From: Octopus sinensis
Lineage: Eukaryota
Direction of reading: 5' to 3'
Length of the DNA: 15,688 bases
NCBI RefSeq assembly: GCF_006345805.1
Contig: NW_021825328.1
Coordinates: forward strand, 1 to 15,688
The notes beneath the pieces are model-generated. The model was not told where the DNA came from. It was given only the letters and a program-made list of their open reading frames with translations, and searched no databases. Below, piece by piece: positions 1-8,806 of the stretch; positions within the stretch are counted from its first letter, which is position 1, and every line of letters begins with the position of its first letter. The translations under genes and the position numbers were made by a program.

Positions 1-210
1 ATGTGAAGGTATATATATATATATATGTATATATATGAATATTGAAATATATATGTATATATATATAGGCATTATGGCATTATGTATGTGTGTATATATA
101 GATACGTATATGTATACATATACATAAACATATGTATGTATGTATTTATGTATGTATGTATGTATGTATGTATGTCTGTATGTATGTATGTATGTATGTA
201 TGCATGTATT
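1..210. repeat. (TA)n / (TATG)n compound microsatellite
   Basis: Directly visible tandem TA and TATG/TACA units. Confidence 0.95.
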
Positions 211-590
211 TAAATATACTCAATGTCAGAGCGATTATATGTATAAAAGATATAAAAGTTTTACTAAGCTCTTCTAAAGAAACACTTTAAATTTTCAACG
301 CCTTAAATAAAACAAAACAGCAAAACAAATCAAAGCTAGAAATTCACAAAACTTCTTTTTTCTCCAACTACAACGCATCGTTAAAAAACCAAGGTAGACA
401 TTTTGAATTCACAAAGGAAATTATAAAATGAATTTAGGCGTTCTACACTCGACCTGAATAAAGATATCAAAAGAATATCTTTCGATAACTACTTTTGCAG
501 AATGTTCATATTTGGTGCAACTCTTGTTGGTGTTGTTGTGGTTGATGTTGTTGCTGTACTTTAGCTCCAGGTCAGCATGGATCAAAGAAT

Positions 591-760
591 TTTTTTTCTT
601 TCTACTCTAGGCACAAGACACGAAATTTTGGGGAAGGGGCCAGTCGATAAGATCGAACCCAGTACGCAACTTGTACTTAATTTATCGATCCCGAAAGGAT
701 GAAAGGCAAAGACGACCTCGTCGGAATTTGAACTTAGAACATAAAGACAAACGAAATACC
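591..760 (-). mobile_element. tRNA-derived SINE family A, 5'-truncated monomer with type-1 tail (downstream half of dimer 1)
   Basis: Contains the family core cccgaaaggatgaaaggcaaa..gacctcg.cggaatttgaac also seen at ~881-926, ~1107-1155 (inverted), ~12056-12100 and ~12238-12285. On the minus strand it has a B-box-like GTTCAAATTCC and ends in an A-rich tail (agagtagaaagaaaaaaaa). Confidence 0.85.
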
Positions 761-989
761 AATCTTTTTATTACCCACAATGGGCTAAGCACAGAGGGGA
801 CAGACAAACGGATTAAGTCGATTACATCGACTCCAGTGCGTAATTATTTAATCGACTCCAGTGGTACTTATTTAATCGACCCCGAAAGGATGAAAGGCAG
901 AGTCGACCTCGGCGGAATTTGAACTCAGAACGTAGCGGCAAACGAAATACTGATAAGCATTTCGTCCGGCGAGCTAACATTTCTGCCAG
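761..989 (-). mobile_element. tRNA-derived SINE family A, near-full monomer with type-2 tail (upstream half of dimer 1)
   Basis: Minus-strand Pol III A box TGGCAGAAATGTTAG (974-988) and B box GAGTTCAAATTCC (914-926). Aligns by eye over its length with 12127-12357. Confidence 0.88.
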
Positions 990-1097
990 TGTTTATCAAC
1001 CATTTTGTTTTTTTAATTATGGACCCCTTTAACTCTCATTTTACTTGAATTGACTCTCCTAGCAATTCAATGTTTTAAAATATAACCCATATATTTT

Positions 1098-1228
1098 ACA
1101 TTCTGAGTTCAAATTCCGCTGAGTCCGATTTTGCCTTTCATCCTTTCGTGGTTGATAAATTAAGTAGAAGTTGCGTACTGGGGTCGATATAATCGACTGG
1201 CCCCTTCCCGAGAATTTCGGGCCTTGTT
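1098..1228 (+). mobile_element. tRNA-derived SINE family A, 5'-truncated copy with type-1 tail
   Basis: ttctgagttcaaattccgc..tttgcctttcatcctttcg.ggt.gataaattaagta...ggggtcgat.taatcgactggccccttccc is the reverse complement of the copy at 591-760. Confidence 0.85.
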
Positions 1229-1325
1229 CACCAAATATCCTAACATCCATCTTCATCAAAACGTTTTGCATATACACATGTATGAATATAAATACTCTTA
1301 TATATATATATATATATATATATAT

Positions 1326-1374
1326 CAAAACTGTCCGACGAACGGCAACGGGAAACTCAGAGTAACAGGTTTTG
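1326..1374 (+). ncRNA. Minimal type I hammerhead ribozyme, copy 1 (core variant CCGACGA)
   Basis: Stem I caaaactgt (1326-1334) pairs with acag-g-ttttg (1365-1374). Core CCGACGA at 1335-1341. Short stem II cg-GCAA-cg. GAAA at 1352-1355. Palindromic stem III ctc-a-gag, with GUA cleavage triplet after 1364. Confidence 0.7.
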
Positions 1375-1474
1375 TTGAATTTTTTGCTGCTTTAAATAAA
1401 GCATAATACTCTACCACTGGTATTTGAGTACTCTTTTTTACACCTTGTTTCACATTTATGTGTTTACTCCGTAC

Positions 1475-1507
<33 letters not shown>

Positions 1508-1543
1508 TATATATATATTATATATTATTCCAGTCCATTCTAG

Positions 1544-1593
1544 CAAAAACTGTCTGATGAACGGCAACGAGAAACTCAGAGTAACAGATTTTG
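1544..1593 (+). ncRNA. Minimal type I hammerhead ribozyme, copy 2 (canonical CUGAUGA core)
   Basis: Stem I caaaaactgt (1544-1553) pairs with acagattttg (1584-1593). CTGATGA at 1554-1560. Stem II cg-GCAA-cg. GAAA at 1571-1574. Stem III ctc-a-gag, with GUA cleavage after 1583. Confidence 0.82.
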
Positions 1594-1621
1594 TTGAATT
1601 TTCTGCTGCTTTAATAAAGTC

Positions 1622-1643
1622 TATATATATATATATATAAATA

Positions 1644-1688
<45 letters not shown>

Positions 1689-1716
1689 CATACATATATA
1701 ATATGCATATCTTCAT

Positions 1717-1747
<31 letters not shown>

Positions 1748-1858
1748 CACAGAGACAGACCGACAGACAGACAGACAGACAGACAGACATATAGATAGAT
1801 AGACAGATAGATAGATAGAGAGATATAGATAGAGATAGATAGATAGATAGATATAGAT

Positions 1859-1920
<62 letters not shown>
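1622..1920. repeat. (TA)n, (GA)n, (CAGA)n, (AGAT)n compound microsatellite
   Basis: Directly visible tandem units. Confidence 0.95.
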
Positions 1921-2514
1921 TTATGTATAGACTCCAACATACAGGTGTTTGTACGATGAAGAAAAGGATTAAGAAAGGGAGAAGAGAGAGAGAATGTGAC
2001 ATTGTGACGCATACAGACAGGTAGCCAGTCAAATAAACAAAATGGCAGAAGCGTTCGCGTAAATATTCAAAACTAAAAGCGAAAAGAAAAACAGACGGTA
2101 AAGAAACGGACGATTCATTAGGAGAGAATACGAGCAAGAAGAGAAAAAGAAGACAAATAAGAAAAGTAAGAAAACCATGGGCCTCAAAGAAATAACAACG
2201 ACAAGAAATAAGCAAAGAAACAAGCAAATAAGTAGAGAGAGAGAGACGGTTAAATAAGGAGAGGGGCGGAAATGAAAAGGATTGTGAAATGAAAGTTATG
2301 GAAGGACAGTAGCGATATAAAATAATGACTAAGAGATTTCACTACCGCAAGGAAAATGTAAACAAACGTGGAAATAAAAACAACTCTATGATAAGGACAA
2401 TAATAATAATATATGGGAGGAAAAAAAGCAAAAAAAAAGAAAAAAGGCCAGAAAGAAAGAGGGACAGGAAGGGATGCGACAAATAAATCTATAATATGCA
2501 AAGACATGAAGATA

Positions 2515-2524
2515 GGTATGTATG

Positions 2525-2594
<70 letters not shown>

Positions 2595-2988
2595 ATATAT
2601 ATATATATTATATATATATATATATATTATATATATATATATGTATGTATGTATATATAATGTATGGTATGTATGTATATATATGTACGTATATATATAT
2701 GTATGTATGTATGTACGTGTATATATATATATGCATGTATGTATGTATGCATATATATATACACAAACATATATATATATATATATACGCACATATATGT
2801 ACACATATTCATGTACATATGCGTATATGTATGCGTGTGTATATATGCGTATGATATAGTATGCATTTATATACACACAGAATTATATGGATATCTACGT
2901 ATGCATATATTTCATTATTCTATATACGTCAGTGTATATAGATTGACACACAGGTATAGACGTACATATAAACAACACACGTCTGTAT

Positions 2989-3035
<47 letters not shown>
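2515..3035. repeat. (TA)n / (TATG)n compound microsatellite
   Basis: Directly visible tandem units. Confidence 0.95.
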
Positions 3036-3038
<3 letters not shown>

Positions 3039-3289
3039 ACATATTTGTACAGACACACACGCGCATGTACACACCTATATATAATTGTTTGTATTACTAT
3101 ATTAGACTATATGTGCACCAATATACATACATGCATACATGGATGTGAATCATTTGTTTGTGTATATGTCTTTATAAGTCTTTATAGCAAAGTTCGTATG
3201 TAAAGAGCATGCGTAAACTAAAGAAGCATGTTTAATAAAAAAAAACAATAACTGCAAGAATTCGGAGAAAGAAAGAAGGAAAGAGGAAG

Positions 3290-3399
3290 TAATGAAGGAG
3301 AAATAAGGAAGAAATAAAGAAGGAGGAGGAGGAGGAGGAGGAGGAGTAGGAGGAGGAGAAGAAGAATGAGGAGAAGAAGAGGGAAGAGGAGGGGAAATA

Positions 3400-3439
<40 letters not shown>

Positions 3440-3790
3440 GTAATAGTAATAATAATAATAATAAGAAAGAAGAGAAGAAGAAGAAGAAGAAGAAGAAGAA
3501 GAAGAAGAAAAGAAGAAAAATGAAGAATAAGAAGAAGAAGAAATTGAAAAGCAGATCAGAAGAAGAAGACGAAGAAGAAGATGATGATGAGATGATGATG
3601 AGAAGATGATGAAGCAGAAGAAGAAGAAAGAAGAAGATGATATGATGATGAGAAAAGAAGAAGAAGAAGAAGGAAGAAGAAGAAGAAGAAGAAAAGAGAA
3701 GAAGAAGAGACGAAGAAGAGAAGAAGAAGAGAAGAAGAAGGAAGCAGAAGAAGAAGAAGAGAAGAAGAATAAAAGAAGAAGAAGAATTAC
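3290..3790. repeat. (GGA)n, (TAA)n, (GAA)n, (GAT)n compound trinucleotide microsatellite
   Basis: Directly visible; source of the poly-E/K/R and poly-S/L/Y pseudo-ORFs. Confidence 0.95.
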
Positions 3791-4057
3791 ATAAAAAAGT
3801 AGATACATTGATTGCTGCGAAAGACTAAGCTTCTGCTCGGAGCGTCGAGTGATTGTAAGAAGACGAGCGAAAGACCACAAAACAGGGAGACTCTATCTAT
3901 TATAGAATGATAAGATTGGTGAAGCAGACGACAGGGATGAAAATGGCGGACGGAAGGTAGCTAACCTCATTATGAAGGAGAAAAAAGTGGAGAGGCGATT
4001 GTTGGACACAGAATATGGTGTTGACCTCTGTGTTATACATACACACCGTACATACAT

Positions 4058-4102
<45 letters not shown>

Positions 4103-4172
4103 GGATAAAACGGTAAGATAACAAAAGAAAGAAGAGCCTCATATTATGTAAATAGAGGAAATTTATATCTAC

Positions 4173-4334
4173 AATATGTTACATTACTCGGTAGTCAAGA
4201 TAAAACTCTGAGTTTCGATGCCGAAGTGGAAATCCACACACCAATCTCTTCGGTTATCTGGCTATTTGAAAACGTTATGAAAAAATAACCGAAACTCAGA
4301 GTTTTATCTTGACTACCGAGTAATGTAACATATT
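4173..4334. mobile_element. 162-bp foldback element with perfect 45-bp inverted arms (inverted pLTR-like or MITE-like)
   Basis: 4173-4217 (aatatgttacattactcggtagtcaagataaaactctgagtttcg) is the exact reverse complement of 4290-4334. Spacer is 72 nt, and (TA)n lies immediately to the right. Confidence 0.85.
4192..4264 (-). ncRNA. Type I hammerhead-like motif (core variant CCGAAGA)
   Basis: Minus strand reads tagccagataa CCGAAGA gat-tggtgt-gtgg(attt)ccac-ttcggc-atc GAAA ctc-a-gag T T ttatct-t-gacta. Stem I has 10 pairs with one bulge and one mismatch, stem II starts with G-C, and the triplet is GUU with cleavage between 4204 and 4203. Confidence 0.65.
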
Positions 4335-4648
4335 ATATATATATATATTATATATATATATATATATACACATACATACATGTAAACATACATGCATTCG
4401 TAGACAAAAACATACAATGTGTGTGTGTATGTGTGTGCGTGTGTATGTGTGTGTGTGGTGTGTGTCTGCCTGCACATGTATATGTACATATATGTGTGCC
4501 CCTGTGTGTGTGTGTGTGTGGTGTGTGTGTGTGTGTTCATATACATATGTCTATAAAGTTTGCCACGATAAAGTCAGATGAAGACAAATGGCGGACATAA
4601 AACGGAAACATCGGAAAAAATAATAATGAGCAATGAATGGCGCATGTC

Positions 4649-4693
<45 letters not shown>

Positions 4694-4709
4694 CATGTAT
4701 ATATATATG

Positions 4710-4747
<38 letters not shown>

Positions 4748-4775
4748 ATATATATATATATATTATGTATGATGC

Positions 4776-4816
<41 letters not shown>

Positions 4817-5225
4817 CCTATATATTATATATATCGTGCATATACGTATATATATATATATTACGTGTACTATATATATATACACACACGCATATATGTA
4901 GCATATATATATATTCACAGAGAGATATGTATGTACGTATGTATATATTTATGCATATATATTTCTAGAAAAGGAAGCCTCTGCAAACTCCTGACATAAG
5001 GAAAATTAGAAAATGGTGAACAATAGTTGCACACAAACACACACACACACACACACCACATACCCACACTCCCACACACGCACAGATACACACATCCACA
5101 CACCTATATATAATTGTTTGTATTACTATATTAGAGCATATGAGCACTATATATATATATATATATATATCACATACAGACATACAGACATTCATATACA
5201 TACACACATATACATACCTATATAC
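4335..5225. repeat. (TA)n, (TG)n, (CA)n microsatellite blocks with short unique spacers
   Basis: Directly visible tandem units. Confidence 0.9.
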
Positions 5226-5489
5226 ATGTAACCTTGTGAATCGTATGAGCCAATTTTCTTACCGTTCTTTTCTATTTGTTTATTTCCGCTCTTTCTGGCG
5301 TTCATTAAACAGAAACAATTGTGCTCCTCGCCGTCGCCTTATACATTAAAAAGGTTTTGTTTCCCTTTTTTTTTGGTGGGGGGTTAGATAAGGGACAGAA
5401 CACTCTTCTTTGGTTTTATGGTTTGTTAAATAATGCTCGCTAGAATATTCGATTACTTCTGCGCCTGTAATTTGTCATCCGTAGTTCAA

Positions 5490-5498
5490 TATACTACA

Positions 5499-5534
<36 letters not shown>

Positions 5535-5556
5535 TATACATACATACATACATACA

Positions 5557-5592
<36 letters not shown>

Positions 5593-5600
5593 TATATACC

Positions 5601-5646
<46 letters not shown>

Positions 5647-5742
5647 AGTATATATATAGTTATAGTAAAAGGCAGGCAACAGTTTGTATGTATTTATGTA
5701 TGTATATATATATATATACGTATGTATGTAGATATATATACG

Positions 5743-5780
<38 letters not shown>

Positions 5781-5781
5781 A

Positions 5782-5820
<39 letters not shown>

Positions 5821-5954
5821 CAAATGTGTGTATGTGTGTGTGTGTGTGTGCGTGTGTGTGCATGTCATGTCAGTGTATTGGCGTCGGCGTTGTGTGCGTG
5901 CAAGCGTGTGTTATGGTATGTAAGCATATACGTTTGTTTACACACACACACACC

Positions 5955-5990
<36 letters not shown>

Positions 5991-5995
5991 GCATA
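5490..5995. repeat. (TACA)n, (TA)n, (TG)n, (CA)n compound microsatellite
   Basis: Directly visible tandem units. Confidence 0.93.
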
Positions 5996-6234
5996 TACAC
6001 GAGTGGGTGCGAAAATTTTTCCTGTTCCTGGCTTCTTTAAGGGTATCACGAAAGGCCTAGTTGGACGCCCAACCTTTCAAGTCCTCTTTTACGGGGCTTA
6101 AAAACTGAAGGACCGCTGCAAAAATTGCATGAATCTCAGAAGAGAATATGTTGGGTAAAACCACAATTAACTGATCCTCCAGTATTTTCTTTTACCCAAA
6201 GTCAAGAACTCTTCAGCACCATCCCCTCCATGTA
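5996..6234 (+). mobile_element. Internally deleted, non-autonomous Tc1/mariner (mariner-type) element
   Basis: Degenerate TIRs: left tacacgagtgggtgcgaaaa...gttcctggctt; right end reverse-complemented tacatggaggggatggtgctgaagagttcttgacttt. TA at both ends. Retains the transposase C-terminus. Confidence 0.7.
6055..6158 (+). pseudogene. Mariner transposase C-terminal remnant (premature stop plus frameshift)
   Basis: Manual translation A*LDAQPFKSSFTGLK / (-1 frameshift) KLKDRCKNCMNLRREYVG* matches the typical mariner C-terminus pattern (WL..QP..F...G..KL..R..KC....G.Y.E*). Confidence 0.7.
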
Positions 6235-6250
6235 CATATGTGTGTGCGAA

Positions 6251-6379
6251 GACGCGTGGCCCCGTGGTCTGGGTATTGCACTCATAATCGCTAGATCATA
6301 GGTTCGAGAGCTTGACAGGGCGGCAGATTGTGTTCATTTCACATTGCTCCAGTTTTCACTCAGCTGGCAAAAATGAGTT
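6251..6379 (+). mobile_element. Degenerate tRNA-derived SINE (family distinct from A)
   Basis: A-box-like TGGCCCGTGG near 6257, B-box-like GGTTCGAGAGC at 6301-6311, followed by a unique body ttgtgttc...cacattgctccag...cactcagctggcaaaaatgag. Confidence 0.55.
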
Positions 6380-6619
6380 AATTGCGACGGACAAGCCTTC
6401 TGATCAAGGACATTGTGGCGGTGGGGGTGGGGGTAGTATATATATATATATATATATACATATTTACGCAGTGTAAATAACGGACAGAGTTAAGACTATT
6501 GAAAAGGTTGTAAGACGCAACGAAAATTTTAGGAAAATAAAAATAAGAAACAAGTGGAAATTTTACCGGTGAGTGTCTTAAATTATAAGGCACAAAACGA
6601 AAACGTCTCTCTCCAGACG

Positions 6620-7215
6620 ACAGTATATATATATACACACATATATATACACACACACGCATATGTATATATGTATATATATATATATACAAATATATAT
6701 GCATATATATATATATGCGTGCAAGTGTCTATGGATGTATGTGTATGTATGTATGTATATATCTATGTATGCATGTATGTATGTATGTATGTATATATCT
6801 ATGTATGCATGTATGTATGTATGCATTATGTATGTATGTATGTATGCATGCATGTATGTACGTATGCATGCATGTATGTATGCATGTATGTATATAATGT
6901 ATGCATGTATGTATGTATGTATGTATGTATGTGTGTATGTATGTATGTATGTATGCATGTATGTACGCATGCATGCATGCATGTATGTATGTATGTATGT
7001 ATGCCTACATGTATGTATGTATGTATGTATGCATGCATGCATGTATGTATGTATGTATGTATGTATGCCTGCATGTATGTATGTATGCATGCATGTATGT
7101 ACGTATGCTTGCATTCATGTATGTATGTATGTATGTATGTATGTATGTATGTATGTATGTATGTGTGTATGTATGTATGTATGTGTGTGTGTGTATGTAT
7201 GTCTATGTATGTATA
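6620..7215. repeat. (TA)n then long (TATG)n/(CATG) tetranucleotide array
   Basis: Directly visible; source of the MYVC/HTYI pseudo-ORFs. Confidence 0.95.
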
Positions 7216-7269
7216 TTGTAAACTGCTCTATTTTGTGTATTGAATTCGCAAACTCTTCTTGCTTTTTCA

Positions 7270-7426
7270 ACAACTATCAGCATCAGTAACACTGTCTTCT
7301 TCTTCTTCCTTCTCCTCCTCCTCCCTCTCATCACCTTCATCATCATCGTCATCATCATCATCATCATCATCCTCATCACCACCACCACCATCATCATAAC
7401 CATCATCGTCTTCGTCATCATCGTCG

Positions 7427-7458
<32 letters not shown>

Positions 7459-7630
7459 GCCATTACCATTATCATCATCACCGTCGTCTTAATCATCAGC
7501 ATTATCTACTTTATTAGCAACATCGTCAGCAGCAGTAGCATCATCTTCATTATCTTTACCTTCATCATCAACATCATCTTCTTCCTCAGCATCCCACTCC
7601 TCCTCCTCCTCCTCCTCCTCACCATTACCA
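7270..7630. repeat. (CTT)n, (CAT)n, (CAC)n, (CTC)n compound trinucleotide microsatellite
   Basis: Directly visible tandem units. Confidence 0.93.
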
Positions 7631-7648
7631 TGTCATATGTGTACGTGC

Positions 7649-7734
7649 GTGCGTGTCTATGTCTATGTGCGTGTCTATGTCTATGTGCGTGTCTATGTCT
7701 ATGTGCGTGTCTATGTGCGTGTCTATGTGCGTGT
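7649..7734. repeat. Minisatellite built from hexamers GTGCGT (A) and GTCTAT (B): ABB ABB ABB AB AB A
   Basis: Three 18-mers (7649-7702), two 12-mers (7703-7726) and a partial unit, read directly. Confidence 0.9.
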
Positions 7735-8149
7735 ACGTGTTGTTATTTTCTTTTTCTTTGTAAACTGGAAGACAACCATTTTGTCTTTGGCAAAGTGACA
7801 TTGATTTTTCCATAAGTTCCTGCTTTGTTTTTTCAGCATGCTATTCGCGGTCGTTTGCTTTCCTGATTGGACGTTTCGCCTGTTGTTGTGGCTAGTTAGT
7901 TCCTTGCCAGTCTTTTGATGATTTCTCCCTTTTAGTTTTGTTTTATAAATTTGCTTCCGTCCTTCATAAAAAAAAAAAAATCTTTAATTTATTTACTCCG
8001 TATATTCCTTCCCTCCCATTCATTTATGTTCTTGTGTTCTTTCTGTTTTTCATCCAATACATTGTGTCTTTCATTCTCTGACGGTTTCTGACTCAAGCTT
8101 TACGTTGACATATTTTCAAATTACCTGCTCCCATTTTAACCATTCACAT

Positions 8150-8806
8150 TCTGTCTTTGTCTCTGTCTCTCTATCTCTCTGTCTCTATCTCTTTCTGCCC
8201 TCCTCTCTTTCTCTGCCTCACCCTATCTCGCTATTTCTCCGTCTCTGCCTCTCTCCCTCTTTCTCTCTGTTTATCTCAGAATGGCTCTTCTATTCTATGC
8301 CTTCCTTCACCTCTCTTCATTCATTCTTTTCCTGATGTGCGTGCGTGCAGTATATGTAAGTACGTAAACATCTCTCTCTCTTTCTCTCCTTTTCTCTCTC
8401 TCTCTCCTCTCTCTCTCTTTCATTCTTTCTTTCTGCATATATATGTTTCGTGTGTATGTACATTAACATAGAAATAAATGAATGAAAAGCATAAAAATAT
8501 GTACGTACACATATGTATATATTGTATGTATGTATGTATGTATGTATGTATCTATGTATGTATATATATATATATATATACACATGTGTATGCATATATT
8601 CAAATATATATATGTATATGTATGTATGTATATATATGTGCATATATATATATCTATATATATTGTATATAAATATGTATATATATATATATGTGTGTGT
8701 GGTGTGTGTGTGTATACATATAAAGAGAGAGAAAGAAACAATTATATATACATACAGATATATAAATATATATGTGTGTGGACATACATATATGCATGTA
8801 TGTATG
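8150..8806. repeat. (CT)n-rich tract followed by (TATG)n/(TA)n/(TG)n microsatellites
   Basis: Directly visible tandem units. Confidence 0.9.

Larger units (their letters stand above)
1326..1620 (+). mobile_element. Retrozyme-like / Penelope pseudo-LTR-like element with two tandem hammerhead-bearing direct repeats
   Basis: 77-nt direct repeats at 1326-1402 and 1544-1620 (about 6 substitutions plus 2 single-base indels). Each contains an HHR, and (TA)n flanks the element on both sides. Confidence 0.75.

Noticed and set aside
222-431. Stop-interrupted frame (…KDIKVLLSSSKETL*IFNAL…IIK*) vaguely like a Penelope GIY-YIG C-terminus
   Set aside because: The similarity is impressionistic, there are no catalytic motifs, and AT-rich DNA gives such K/I/N-rich reads. 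A tBLASTn or HMM hit to PLE ORFs would be needed.
439-505. Degenerate hammerhead-like string ctgaata-aagatat(caaaaga)atatctt-tcgata
   Set aside because: The 8-bp hairpin is real, but both core halves are broken (CTGAATA, GATA) and stems I and III do not form next to the core.
525-590. Possible retroposon 3'-end fragment ((GTT)n next to tttagctccaggtcagc), and a possibly related fragment near 11537-11595
   Set aside because: Too short and degenerate, with no second copy in the window; based only on unverified recall of a consensus.
3915-3950. Reverse CCAAT (attgg) plus YY1-like AAAATGGCGG, with another aaatggcgg near 4592
   Set aside because: Isolated short motifs without CpG-island or TSS context; the ATG frame at 3943 stops after 5 codons.
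4173-4334. Rho-independent terminator, tRNA or CRISPR interpretation of hairpins and repeats in the window
   Set aside because: The context is eukaryotic, there is no repeat-spacer array or cas gene, and the tRNA-like boxes belong to SINE heads that do not form complete cloverleaves.
4576-4625. cagatga…gaaa hammerhead-like spacing
   Set aside because: The core is non-canonical, there is no UH cleavage site, and there is no stem I pairing.
6415-6433. G-rich run gtggcggtgggggtggggg as a G-quadruplex
   Set aside because: At best a weak two-tier motif with no supporting context.
6472-6574. Strong donor CCG|GTGAGT (6569) with upstream CAG as a possible exon
   Set aside because: All three frames from the 6471 acceptor hit stops, and there is no polypyrimidine tract.
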